Of a stretch of 37,974 nucleotides of DNA, positions 18,050 through 25,993 are shown in pieces. This stretch comes from Actinobacteria bacterium ATB1 (GTDB lineage: Bacteria > Actinomycetota > Acidimicrobiia > UBA2766), in assembly GCA_021404985.1 (NCBI GenBank), contig QWHP01000002.1, forward strand, positions 1-37,974, read 5' to 3'. A program made the translations under genes and the position numbers. How positions within the stretch are numbered: position 1 is the first letter of the stretch; each line of letters opens with the position of its first letter. The notes below the pieces were generated by a model. It did not search any database. It saw only the letters and a list, made by a program, of their open reading frames with translations, and was not told where the DNA came from.

Positions 18050-18109
18050 GAAACACGGTCGAAACACGACGGTCACGCGACTGCAACACCGACAACACAG
18101 ACCGGAAAT
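18050..18109 (+). promoter_or_regulatory. phased array of GlnR-box-like pentamers upstream of amt
   Basis: GAAAC-n6-GAAAC-n6-GTCAC-n6-GCAAC-n6-AACAC-n6-GAAAT with exact 11-bp periodicity. Matches the actinobacterial GlnR a-site GTnAC / b-site GnAAC with 6-nt spacers. Lies 83-142 nt upstream of GTG 18192. Confidence 0.5.
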
Positions 18110-18191
18110 CGCGGCTCCCTACCGTGTCGCCCATGGTGCAGCGTCGCTGTGCGCCATGACCATCTGCGCAACTCGAGACAGGGAGAGCCCC

Positions 18192-19856
18192 GTGAAGAAC
18201 CGACTGCGAGACGGAACGCCGATCCGGCCAGGCGTGAGGCGCCTGGTCATGCTCCTCGTCGTGCTGGCGTTTACAGGGATCTACTGGGTCGCGGGCCCGG
18301 CGGGTGCCGACCCTGACAACAGCGGGTCGCAGACCGGAACCGAGCCCAGCGCACTCTGCTCGTCCGGCGAGGCAGCCTCCCTCGACGAGGACGGCAACTG
18401 CATGGTGGACGACGAGAAGCTCCCTGCGGCCGTGGAGAAGAACCGTGTGTCGGTCAACCTCACGTGGTTGATCGTCGCAGGGGCCCTCGTCTTCTTCATG
18501 CAGGCGGGCTTCGCCATGGTCGAGACAGGCTTCACGCGGGCCAAGAACGCCGCCCACGTCGTCATGACCAACTACATGGTGTTCGCCCTCGCCGCGTTGG
18601 GCTTCATGGCATTCGGGTTCGCGTTCATGTTCGGGAATCTCGCCGACATCCCGACAATCGGTTTCAAACAGTTCGGTGAGCCGCTGGTCCAGGTCGGCGG
18701 CTGGCAGTTCCTCTCCGGCGGCGGCTGGTTCCTCGGCGGGGCCGCATACGACGTCGGCGTACTCGCCTTCTTCTTCTTCCAGCTCATGTTCATGGACACC
18801 ATGGCGACGATCCCGACCGGCGCCATGGCCGAACGCTGGAAGTTCTCCGCCTTCTGCGTGTTCGCACTCTTCGCAGGCGCGTTCATCTACCCGATCATCG
18901 GCAACTGGGTGTGGGGCGGCGGCTGGCTCGCGAACCTCGGCGTCAACTGGGGTCTCGGCAACGGTGCGCTCGACTTCGCCGGTTCCGGCGTCGTCCACGC
19001 CGTCGGTGGGATCACGGGTCTCATGGGTGCGATCGTCATCGGACCGCGACGCGGCAAGTACAACAAGGACGGGTCGGCAAACGCCATGCCCGCCCACAAC
19101 GTCCCGATGGGGCTCTTCGGCACCATCATCCTCTTCTTCGGCTGGATCGGGTTCAACGGCGGGTCCACGTTCGGCGCGAGCGACTTTCGGTTCACCGTCG
19201 TGATCGCCAACACGATCCTGGCGGGATGCATGGGCGCGGTCGCAGCGATGCTCGTGACGAAGGCCAAGTTCGGCAAGTACGACCCGTCGATGGCGGCGAA
19301 CGGCGGCCTTGCCGGACTCGTCGCCGTCACGGCCCCGTGCGCCTTCGTGGCGCCGTGGGCGGCGCTCGTCATCGGAGGAATCGGAGGCGTGATAGTCGTC
19401 TTCTCGATCCTCTTCGTCGACCGTCTGAAGGTCGACGACCCTGTCGGAGCGGTTTCGGTGCACGGCGTCTGTGGCCTCTGGGGCGTGATCGCCCTGGGCA
19501 TCTTCGCCGACGGCAGCTACGCGCTCGGCGCCAACAGCTCCGGGGAGGTCGCGCCCGTCGAGGGTGTCATCATGGGCAAGTTCGGCCAGATCGGAGCCCA
19601 GCTTGTCTACGCAGTCACGCTCGTCGTGGTGATCGGCGTGGTTACGTACCTCTTCTTCAGGATCCAGGACAGGATCCAGGGGATCCGCTCTACGCCGGAG
19701 GACGAGCTCCAAGGACTCGACATCCCCGAGATGGGCGTCGAGGCGTACCCGAGGGAACTCGAGGTCTCGCCCGGTGTCTACGCGTCGCACCCTCCGGTGA
19801 GGGGAGCGGCAGCAGACCCACTCGACGTCACGACCGGTCCGACAGCGGGTGTCTGA
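18192..19856 (+). CDS. amt: ammonium transporter (Amt family) with signal peptide and N-terminal extension
   Basis: WLIVAGALVFFMQAGFAMVETGFTRAKN, DFAGSGVVHAVGG, FGWIGFNGGS and VHGVCGLWG are Amt signatures. GTG 18192 follows GGGAGAG. ATG 18156 and ATG 18249 are alternative starts. The upstream 215 codons of the 769-aa ORF are non-homologous. Confidence 0.9.
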   Translation: MKNRLRDGTPIRPGVRRLVMLLVVLAFTGIYWVAGPAGADPDNSGSQTGTEPSALCSSGEAASLDEDGNCMVDDEKLPAAVEKNRVSVNLTWLIVAGALVFFMQAGFAMVETGFTRAKNAAHVVMTNYMVFALAALGFMAFGFAFMFGNLADIPTIGFKQFGEPLVQVGGWQFLSGGGWFLGGAAYDVGVLAFFFFQLMFMDTMATIPTGAMAERWKFSAFCVFALFAGAFIYPIIGNWVWGGGWLANLGVNWGLGNGALDFAGSGVVHAVGGITGLMGAIVIGPRRGKYNKDGSANAMPAHNVPMGLFGTIILFFGWIGFNGGSTFGASDFRFTVVIANTILAGCMGAVAAMLVTKAKFGKYDPSMAANGGLAGLVAVTAPCAFVAPWAALVIGGIGGVIVVFSILFVDRLKVDDPVGAVSVHGVCGLWGVIALGIFADGSYALGANSSGEVAPVEGVIMGKFGQIGAQLVYAVTLVVVIGVVTYLFFRIQDRIQGIRSTPEDELQGLDIPEMGVEAYPRELEVSPGVYASHPPVRGAAADPLDVTTGPTAGV

Positions 19857-19868
19857 AAGGGGCTCGGA

Positions 19869-20207
19869 ATGCATCTGGTAACGGCAGTCATCAAGCCACA
19901 CAAGCTCGCCGAGGTGAAGGAGGCACTGCAGGAGGCAGGCATCACGGGCCTCACCCTCACCGAGGTCCGCGGTTTCGGTCGCCAGCGTGGCCACACGGAG
20001 GTGTACCGCGGCACGGAGTACGAGATCGACTTCGTACCGAAGCTCAAGGTCGAGGTCCTCGTGACGACCGAGCGGAGGGATGCAGTGGTGAAGGCCATCG
20101 CTTCGACTGCATCGACCGGCACGATCGGTGACGGGAAGATATGGGTCGTCCCGGTTGATGTCGCGATGCGGATCCGCACCTCCGAACTGGGCGAGGACGC
20201 CGTCTAG
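19869..20207 (+). CDS. glnK: P-II nitrogen regulatory protein
   Basis: 112 aa. MHLVTAVIKPHKL...TEVRGFGRQRGHTEVYRGTEY (T-loop with Tyr51)...GDGKIWVVPV. Starts 12 nt after amt. Confidence 0.95.
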   Translation: MHLVTAVIKPHKLAEVKEALQEAGITGLTLTEVRGFGRQRGHTEVYRGTEYEIDFVPKLKVEVLVTTERRDAVVKAIASTASTGTIGDGKIWVVPVDVAMRIRTSELGEDAV

Positions 20208-20491
20208 TGATCGCCCAGCGACATCTGGCGGTCTTCTGGGGATCGTCCAGCGATCGTGTGGCGACACCCCCTCAGACGTTCCAGTCCTCATCCGGAGACG
20301 GGCGGCCGGGCTTCTGCGATCATTCCCTCGCACGCGTGGGGGTGGTTGCCGAGAGCCCGCCGCCCGCCTCCCCTGTCACATCCTCGAGACGGCCGGTGAA
20401 TTCTCGGCCACCCACCCGGATCGGCTACAAAACCTGCGGATCAGGCGGTGTCCGTACCCGGAGACACCGCCCGCACCGGGAAGGAACTGAC

Positions 20492-21064
20492 ATGGCCAAC
20501 CCCATCGAGCTCGAAGATCTGATGACCATGTCGGGCAAGGCGCTGCATGCGATCATGCAGACGGGACGGCCCCTGGATCTGGACAGCATGGCTGGCCAGA
20601 ACTACCTCGGCACCGACCTCAGCATGCCGAGGGTCGGCCAGAAGATCCTGTGGCAGACGTTCCGCAAGACGTTCGTCCGAGACGAGGTGCACGGTGACGT
20701 GCGCGGATGGAACGTTCGGATGGAGCAGCACGGTATCGACGGCCCGCGGGTGCCGATGCGCAACAAGAACGGCGATCCCAAGACGTTTGCCCACTACAGG
20801 GTCCGGTCGGCGGAGGGCCTTCGCTTCCCGAAGGGATGGAGGGGGGCTCACTACTTCGACTATACGATCGCGGGGAACGGACCTGTCGATCGCTGGGGTT
20901 TCACGCCGGTCGTCGCCGTGAACGAGGGGAGCTCCGACCTCCTTCTCGGGTGGGAGGTCTTCAAGTTCGGCAGGTTCTTCGTCGCACCCCCTCTGTACTG
21001 GGCGATCAAGGCGGACGGTCCTGTCGACCACGTGGTGGACCCCCCGCGCTCGCCAAAGATCTGA
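20492..21064 (+). CDS. hypothetical protein (no motif recognised)
   Basis: ATG 20492 follows GGGAAGGAA. 190 codons with coding-like G/C third positions (MANPIELEDLMTMSGKALHAIM...WNVRMEQHGIDGPRV...). The upstream 95 codons of the ORF are discarded. Confidence 0.65.
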   Translation: MANPIELEDLMTMSGKALHAIMQTGRPLDLDSMAGQNYLGTDLSMPRVGQKILWQTFRKTFVRDEVHGDVRGWNVRMEQHGIDGPRVPMRNKNGDPKTFAHYRVRSAEGLRFPKGWRGAHYFDYTIAGNGPVDRWGFTPVVAVNEGSSDLLLGWEVFKFGRFFVAPPLYWAIKADGPVDHVVDPPRSPKI

Positions 21065-21075
21065 CCGAACTGGCG

Positions 21076-21714
21076 TCAAGCTGCGAGCCGGCGCCGGAGT
21101 GTGGGGACACCGTCACCGGACAGATCCTCCAAGGCAGCCGGACGTCCCATGGCCGCCATCACGAGTGCCTCCCCCGGGCCCGTCACCGATGGCCCCGACC
21201 CTCTCGACCAGTCGAGGTCGGTGGCCTGGAGCGCCAGACCCCGCGTCCTGCGCCCGACGCCTCCGAAGACCAGCGGATCGGCCAGCGGGCGAAAGGCAAG
21301 GCCCAAGACGGCGAGGAGACGCTCCGCCGGGATCTCGCGTCCGGTTCCGAGGGGCCGGCGGACATCTTGGTGGTGAACGAGGGTCTCGGGCAGCAGGGAG
21401 GTGTCGAGGTAGAAGACCGATGCCGGTTTCCTCCCGATCCGGTTCCGGAAGGCGGACACGAGGTCCTCGATGCCGCTGTCTGCCCATGCCCGAACCTGCG
21501 CTGCGTTGAGGCGACTCAACGAGGCGCCAGCACGTAGGAAGGCGGCGAGACCCGTGTCGATCTCGGTAACGAGGTGTGCGACGACGTCGCGTACCCGCCA
21601 GCCGTCACACAGAGAGGGCTGTTCCCACTGTGCGGCAGTCAGCCCGACGAGGAAGTCGAGCGTCTCCTCCTGTTCCTCACGCGCCAGGTCTCTCAGTTCG
21701 TTGGACGCTGTCAC
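21076..21714 (-). CDS. mycothiol-dependent maleylpyruvate-isomerase-N-terminal (DinB/TIGR03083-like) family protein
   Basis: GTG 21714 lies 8 nt after GGAGGGAG. EETLDFLVGLTAAQWEQPSLCDGWRVRDVVAHLV is the typical N-terminal DinB-fold signature. About 212 aa. Confidence 0.8.
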   Translation of the reverse strand: MTASNELRDLAREEQEETLDFLVGLTAAQWEQPSLCDGWRVRDVVAHLVTEIDTGLAAFLRAGASLSRLNAAQVRAWADSGIEDLVSAFRNRIGRKPASVFYLDTSLLPETLVHHQDVRRPLGTGREIPAERLLAVLGLAFRPLADPLVFGGVGRRTRGLALQATDLDWSRGSGPSVTGPGEALVMAAMGRPAALEDLSGDGVPTLRRRLAA

Positions 21715-21787
21715 CGGCGTTGCTCCCTCCTCCGCCCCCTGCCAGAATGCCGGACGAGACGCCGTCAGAATCAGTCCGGGGGTAACA

Positions 21788-22309
21788 GTGCCAGAGATCA
21801 CGCCCAGCTTGTGGTTCGACTCCGAGGCTTTGGATGCAGCGGAATTCTACGTGTCGCTGTTCCCCAACTCCGCGGTCACGAAAGTGACCCATTACGGAGG
21901 GGTGATTCCGGACGAGGCGGGCCCACGCAAGCCTGGTGACGTCCTCACGGTCGACTTCGTGCTCGACGGCCACAAGTTCACTGCCATCAACGGAGGTCCC
22001 TACTTCACCTTCGACGAGGCGATCTCGCTTCTCGTCGCATGCGCCGATCAGGACGAGATCGACTATTTCTGGGAGAAGCTGTCCGACGGTGGTGAGGAAG
22101 GCCAGTGCGGATGGCTCGTGGATCGCTATGGCCTCCACTGGCAGGTCAATCCGGCGGACCTGGCCGAGCTTCTCGACGACTCCGACAGAGAACGCAGCGA
22201 TCGCGTCATGCGGGCCATGCTCGACATGAGGAAGCCTGACGTGGCAGCCCTTCGGGCTGCCGCAAACCCCCCCAATCCACGTGGGCGGATCCAGACACCC
22301 ATACCATGA
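21788..22309 (+). CDS. PhnB-like VOC protein (3-demethylubiquinone-9 3-methyltransferase-domain family) with a repeat-derived C-terminal tail
   Basis: GTG 21788: (M)PEITPSLWFDSEALDAAEFYVSLFP...VDFVLDGHKFTAINGGPYFTFDEA...GQCGWLVDRYGLHWQV. The last residues NPPNPRGRIQTPIP and the stop (22307-22309) are encoded by repeat copy B. Confidence 0.8.
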   Translation: MPEITPSLWFDSEALDAAEFYVSLFPNSAVTKVTHYGGVIPDEAGPRKPGDVLTVDFVLDGHKFTAINGGPYFTFDEAISLLVACADQDEIDYFWEKLSDGGEEGQCGWLVDRYGLHWQVNPADLAELLDDSDRERSDRVMRAMLDMRKPDVAALRAAANPPNPRGRIQTPIP

Positions 22310-22327
22310 CTCAATCGACCCACGTGG
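22277..22327. repeat. 51-bp palindromic intergenic repeat, copy B
   Basis: CCACGTGGGCGGATC-CAGACACCCATACCATGACTCA-ATCGACCCACGTGG. Arms pair 12/14. The loop is near-identical to copy A. It contains the stops of both converging ORFs. Confidence 0.85.
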
Positions 22328-22835
22328 CCCCCGGCCGGCACGGGCGTCGCTCCGTCAGCCCGGCTGCGCGGAGCGCCGTGAGCGAGCCGACAGCATGGTG
22401 CCCGTCCCGGCGGACGAGCACAACCTGTCGCCCCGGTGCGGCTTCGAGCTCGTCCGCGGTCGGAAGCCTGCGTTCTGCGAGAACGGCGTCGTCGAGCTGG
22501 AAGCCGATCACCGTCCCCACGCTGGACCGGGCGCGGTCGGCAAACAGATCGAGGACGTCCGAGAGTGCGTTGCTCCTTTCGAATCGAAGGTGGTGCTCGA
22601 ACACGCACATGACGAGAGGGTGAAGGTGGCAGTCGGCGAACCCGGGAACGACTGCACGGCCGGAGAGCTCGATGACTTCGTGCACTGCCGGGAGAACGGA
22701 CACGCATTCGTCCTCGGTGCCGACACCGACGATACGGTCACCGATCGTTGCAAGGCTGCCGACCTGAGGCGGCGCAGGATCGGGAAGGAGCAGGCGGACC
22801 CTCCGGCAGAGGCGGGGGCGGGGCTCGTCGCTCAC
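22311..22835 (-). pseudogene. amidohydrolase (YtcJ-like, amidohydrolase_3) gene truncated after about 170 codons
   Basis: GTG 22835 (GTGA overlap with the upstream gene). VRLLLPDP...ATIGDRIVGVG...VIELSGRAVVPGFADCHLHPL...VLVRRDGHHAVGSLTALRAAGLTE matches the N-terminal third of about 530-aa amidohydrolases. Reading then runs into repeat B (..ATWVD-stop). The metal-binding C-terminal two thirds are absent. Confidence 0.65.
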
Positions 22836-24049
22836 GCGGTGCAGACCGTCGGTGGAGCGATGACGTGGCCGTCCAGCGCATCCCGATCGACACTGATACC
22901 CCATCCCGGCCCTTCCGGCAGCAAGATGCAGCCATCCTCGACCGTGTAGCGAGTTGTGGTGAGGTGCTCCTCGAACATGACGTCACCGGCCAGTTCGGGT
23001 GCGTGGCCGAGCCTGTCGTGGCGGGCGGCAGCGATGTGGGCGTGAGTGGCGGTGCCGATCCCGAGCGACTGGTTGTGGATGACGGTCCCTACCCCTCTCG
23101 CGGCCGCGTAGTCGATCGCACGCAGGGCTCCGGTGATGCCGCCCGGACGCTCGGCATTGACACTCACGACACCCATCTCGAGGAGCGCGACGGCATCGGA
23201 CATGGAGAAGAAGCCCTCGTGGAGGAACAGCGGGATCGGCGTGCGCCTCTGGAGATCGACCATTCCGAGGACGTCAGCTATCGGGAGGGGCTGTTCTGCG
23301 GCGTCGATCGCGAACGGCTCGATCAGGGCGAGGGCTCGTGCAGCAATGGACGCCGAATATGCCTGGTTGTAGTCGACACGCAGCCGGATCTCGCCACCGC
23401 AGCGTTCGCGAACGGCTGCCACGACGTCGCGGTCCGCATCCGGACCAGATCCGAGCCTGAGTCGCATCGAACGGTATCCGGCTCGCTGGTAGCCGGCACA
23501 GATCTGGGCAACGAAGTCCGGTGGCCCGAGCGGAACGAGGGCACACAGCGGTATGCGGTCGACGGCGGCGCCTCCGATGAGATCGTGCACGGGCCAGCTG
23601 ACCTGTCGGGCCGCGAGCTCGTGGCACGCGATGTCGAGGAGTCCTTTCGCCATCGCGTTGCGTGCCACGTTGCGGTCGAGACGTGCGCCGAGCGCCTGCA
23701 CATCGGTCGGCCGGGTTCCGAGCACGTAGCGAGCAAGGTGGTCGCCGATCGCCATGGCCATCTCGCGCTGCGACACACCCGACTCCGGAAGTCAGAGGTA
23801 CGACTCCGCCCAACCCTCGACACCGGCCTCGTCTGCCAGGCAGCAGAAGAGGAAGTCCGCCTCGACCCAGGGCTCCTCCGCTGCGATGGCCATGCCGAGG
23901 CGGTTGTCACTCTCCGCCATCGCCCTGCGTGCGACCGACGACAGAGGCACCTTCACCTCGTGGAGCTTGACACGAACGACGGGAGCCGCCCACGAGTCCT
24001 CGGCGGAGTCTTGTAATGTCTGAGTCACAGTTTGTAATGTAGAGTACAT
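22832..24049 (-). pseudogene. mandelate racemase/muconate-lactonizing-enzyme (enolase superfamily) gene interrupted by in-frame TGA
   Basis: The N-terminal capping domain (VVRVKLHEVKVPLS...FLFCCLADEAGVEGWAESYL) and the barrel domain (..LLDIACHELAAR..RLRVDYNQAYS..IDAAEQPL..LFLHEGFFS..) are in the same frame. They are separated only by TGA at 23792-23794. Confidence 0.7.
24011..24040. promoter_or_regulatory. AT-rich direct repeats (TTGTAATGT x2, 21 bp apart) in the divergent RpiR / enolase-superfamily start region
   Basis: cTTGTAATGTcTGAGTCAcagtTTGTAATGTagagtaca. This is the most AT-rich patch of this part of the window. Spacing is two helical turns. A near-palindrome TGAGTCA sits between the repeats. 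Confidence 0.4.
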
Positions 24050-24140
24050 CGGCCACCGTACCCAAGCCCGAACGATCTCGGCCCGCCTCGCGGGCACCTC
24101 ACTGCCTCCGGCACTGCGCCGTGTCGCGGAGCTCCTCCTC

Positions 24141-24902
24141 GTGGACCCCGAGGCCATCGCCTTCGGGACAGTCGCCTCCGTCGCCGAGAAGGCTGGCACC
24201 AGCACGCCCTCCGTAGTCCGGCTTTCAGCGGCCCTCGGCTTCCGGGGGTTTGCCGAGCTGCGCGACGCCGCGAGGGCAGAGCTGTCGATCCGTCTGAACA
24301 CCGACGCCGTCAGAGCCAGGACGGAACCACTCCCGGACCCGGTCTCTAGCCTTCTCGCCACAGAGGTCGAGAACGTGAGGGCGACCCTCGAGGGGCTCGA
24401 GGCAGGGAGGGTCGACGAGGTCGTGGCCTTGCTGGACGACGAGAGCCGCGCGATCTGGATTCTGCCGAGCACCCAAACCGAGGGGGTGGCGCTGCGTTTC
24501 GCCGACCAGTTGATGATCGTGCGCGACGGCGTGACGCTCCTCGAAGGGAGCGAGCTGCGTGTCATGTCGATGGTCGGGGCGCTGCGACGCGGAGACGCCT
24601 TCGTTTCCATGGACATCCGGCGCCACGAGCTTGCCACCTTGCGATGCCAGGCCGCCGCTGTCGAGAGAGGTGCAGTCCCGGTCGTCCTTGCCGGTTCGCT
24701 GCCGGTGGCCCTCGACACGGCGGGGGGCCACATACTCGCGTTCTCGGGCAAGGCGGTGGGACCGTTCGACTCACTCGTGGGGCTGACCGTGCTCACCACG
24801 TTGCTGGTCAACCAGCTGGTCGATCGACGCCGGCCGGGATCGGCTCGGCGCCTGTCCGGCCTGGAACGCACGTGGACCACCGCCGGGCTCTTCGAGGCGT
24901 GA
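24141..24902 (+). CDS. MurR/RpiR family transcriptional regulator (HTH + SIS domain); N-terminus problematic
   Basis: VASVAEKAGTSTPSVVRLSAALGFRGFAEL (HTH_6) plus a SIS-like C-terminal half. In-frame homology (ISARLAGTSLPPALRRVAELLL) continues upstream to about 24072, with no ATG/GTG/TTG before GTG 24141. Confidence 0.8.
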   Translation: MDPEAIAFGTVASVAEKAGTSTPSVVRLSAALGFRGFAELRDAARAELSIRLNTDAVRARTEPLPDPVSSLLATEVENVRATLEGLEAGRVDEVVALLDDESRAIWILPSTQTEGVALRFADQLMIVRDGVTLLEGSELRVMSMVGALRRGDAFVSMDIRRHELATLRCQAAAVERGAVPVVLAGSLPVALDTAGGHILAFSGKAVGPFDSLVGLTVLTTLLVNQLVDRRRPGSARRLSGLERTWTTAGLFEA

Positions 24903-25987
24903 CAGACTGGAGATCCGTGCCCGACCTGCTTCCGACACCACCAGACGGCTCCTTCGCCAGCGACAACTCGGCGGGTGTCTCGCCGGAGGTTCTCGCTGCG
25001 CTGTCCGCAGCGAACGCGGGCACGGCCCTTGCCTACGGCGAGGACTCCTGGACACGTCGAGCGGACACGGCCCTGCGTGACTCCTTCGGCGCTCCGGTCG
25101 AGAGCGTCGCGTGTTGGGGTGGGACGGGGGCGAACGTCGTTGCCCTGGCCACGGTCCTGAGACCCTGGCAGGCGGTGATCTGTCCCGACAGCGCCCACAT
25201 CGTTGTCGACGAGTGTGGCGCCCCCGCGCGGTTCACGGGCGCGACGATTGTCCCCGTGCGGACTGTCGACGGGAAGCTGACGCCGGACGCCGTGGATCCT
25301 TACCTCGAGTGGCTCGGCAGCGAGCACCACCCGCAACCTGCGCTGGTGTCGATCAGCCAGGTGACCGAGATGGGAACCGTCCATTCGACCGATGAGATCG
25401 GTGACCTCTGCGAGCACGCGCACGCGAACGGTCTCCTCGTGCACGTCGACGGTGCCAGAATTGCGAACGCCCTCGCTGCCACCGGGTCCGACCTGCCTTC
25501 GATGGTTCGCGACACGGGGGTGGACCTGATGACTCTTGGGTTCACGAAGACCGGGTCGATGTACGGTGAGGTCGTGGTGTTCCTGAGACCCGAGCTCGCG
25601 GAGCAGGCAGTGTTCGTGCGCAAACAGGCGGGACAGCTCGCGTCCAAGAGCCGTTTCATCGCGGCGCAAGTCCTGGCGATGCTCGAGGACGACCTCTGGC
25701 TGCGCAACGCTCGCCGCGCCAACGAGATGGCGGAGCGGCTGGCGGATGCCGTGTCCGGCGTCCCGGGGGTGAAGCTCGTGAGACGGCCTGAAGCAAACTC
25801 CGTATTCGTCACGATTCCCGGGGAGGCGATCGCCCCTCTTCAGGACTGGTCGTTCTTCTGGGAGTGGGACCTCGGCGCCTCACTCGTCCGGTGGATGACG
25901 AGCTTCGCCACGACCGAGGAAGACGTAGCCCGTTTCGCTGCCGGGGTCCGCGCCATCGTCGCTCCCCACGTGCCCCGAGACTCGTAA
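24899..25987 (+). CDS. low-specificity threonine aldolase / beta-eliminating lyase family PLP enzyme
   Basis: GTG 24899 overlaps the RpiR stop (GTGA). FASDNSAGVSPEVL, GGTGANVVAL, HVDGARIANA, GFTKTG (PLP Lys). About 362 aa, apparently intact. Confidence 0.85.
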   Translation: MTDWRSVPDLLPTPPDGSFASDNSAGVSPEVLAALSAANAGTALAYGEDSWTRRADTALRDSFGAPVESVACWGGTGANVVALATVLRPWQAVICPDSAHIVVDECGAPARFTGATIVPVRTVDGKLTPDAVDPYLEWLGSEHHPQPALVSISQVTEMGTVHSTDEIGDLCEHAHANGLLVHVDGARIANALAATGSDLPSMVRDTGVDLMTLGFTKTGSMYGEVVVFLRPELAEQAVFVRKQAGQLASKSRFIAAQVLAMLEDDLWLRNARRANEMAERLADAVSGVPGVKLVRRPEANSVFVTIPGEAIAPLQDWSFFWEWDLGASLVRWMTSFATTEEDVARFAAGVRAIVAPHVPRDS

Positions 25988-25993
25988 CCAACC

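Noticed and set aside
17919-20333. 804-aa ORF on the - strand
   Set aside because: It is antisense to amt and glnK, both of which have unmistakable signatures. The translation is Arg/Asp/His-rich with no domain pattern.
23792-23794. In-frame TGA in the enolase-superfamily gene as selenocysteine or programmed read-through
   Set aside because: The position falls in a loop between the capping and barrel domains, where no redox Cys is expected. I saw no obvious stem-loop immediately downstream. The neighbouring genes are also decayed. A nonsense mutation is the simpler reading.
24050-25669. Upstream ~540 codons of the 625-aa minus-strand ORF
   Set aside because: It is antisense to the RpiR and threonine aldolase genes. 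Only the last 85 codons (23792-24049) show homology, to the enolase-superfamily N-terminal domain.
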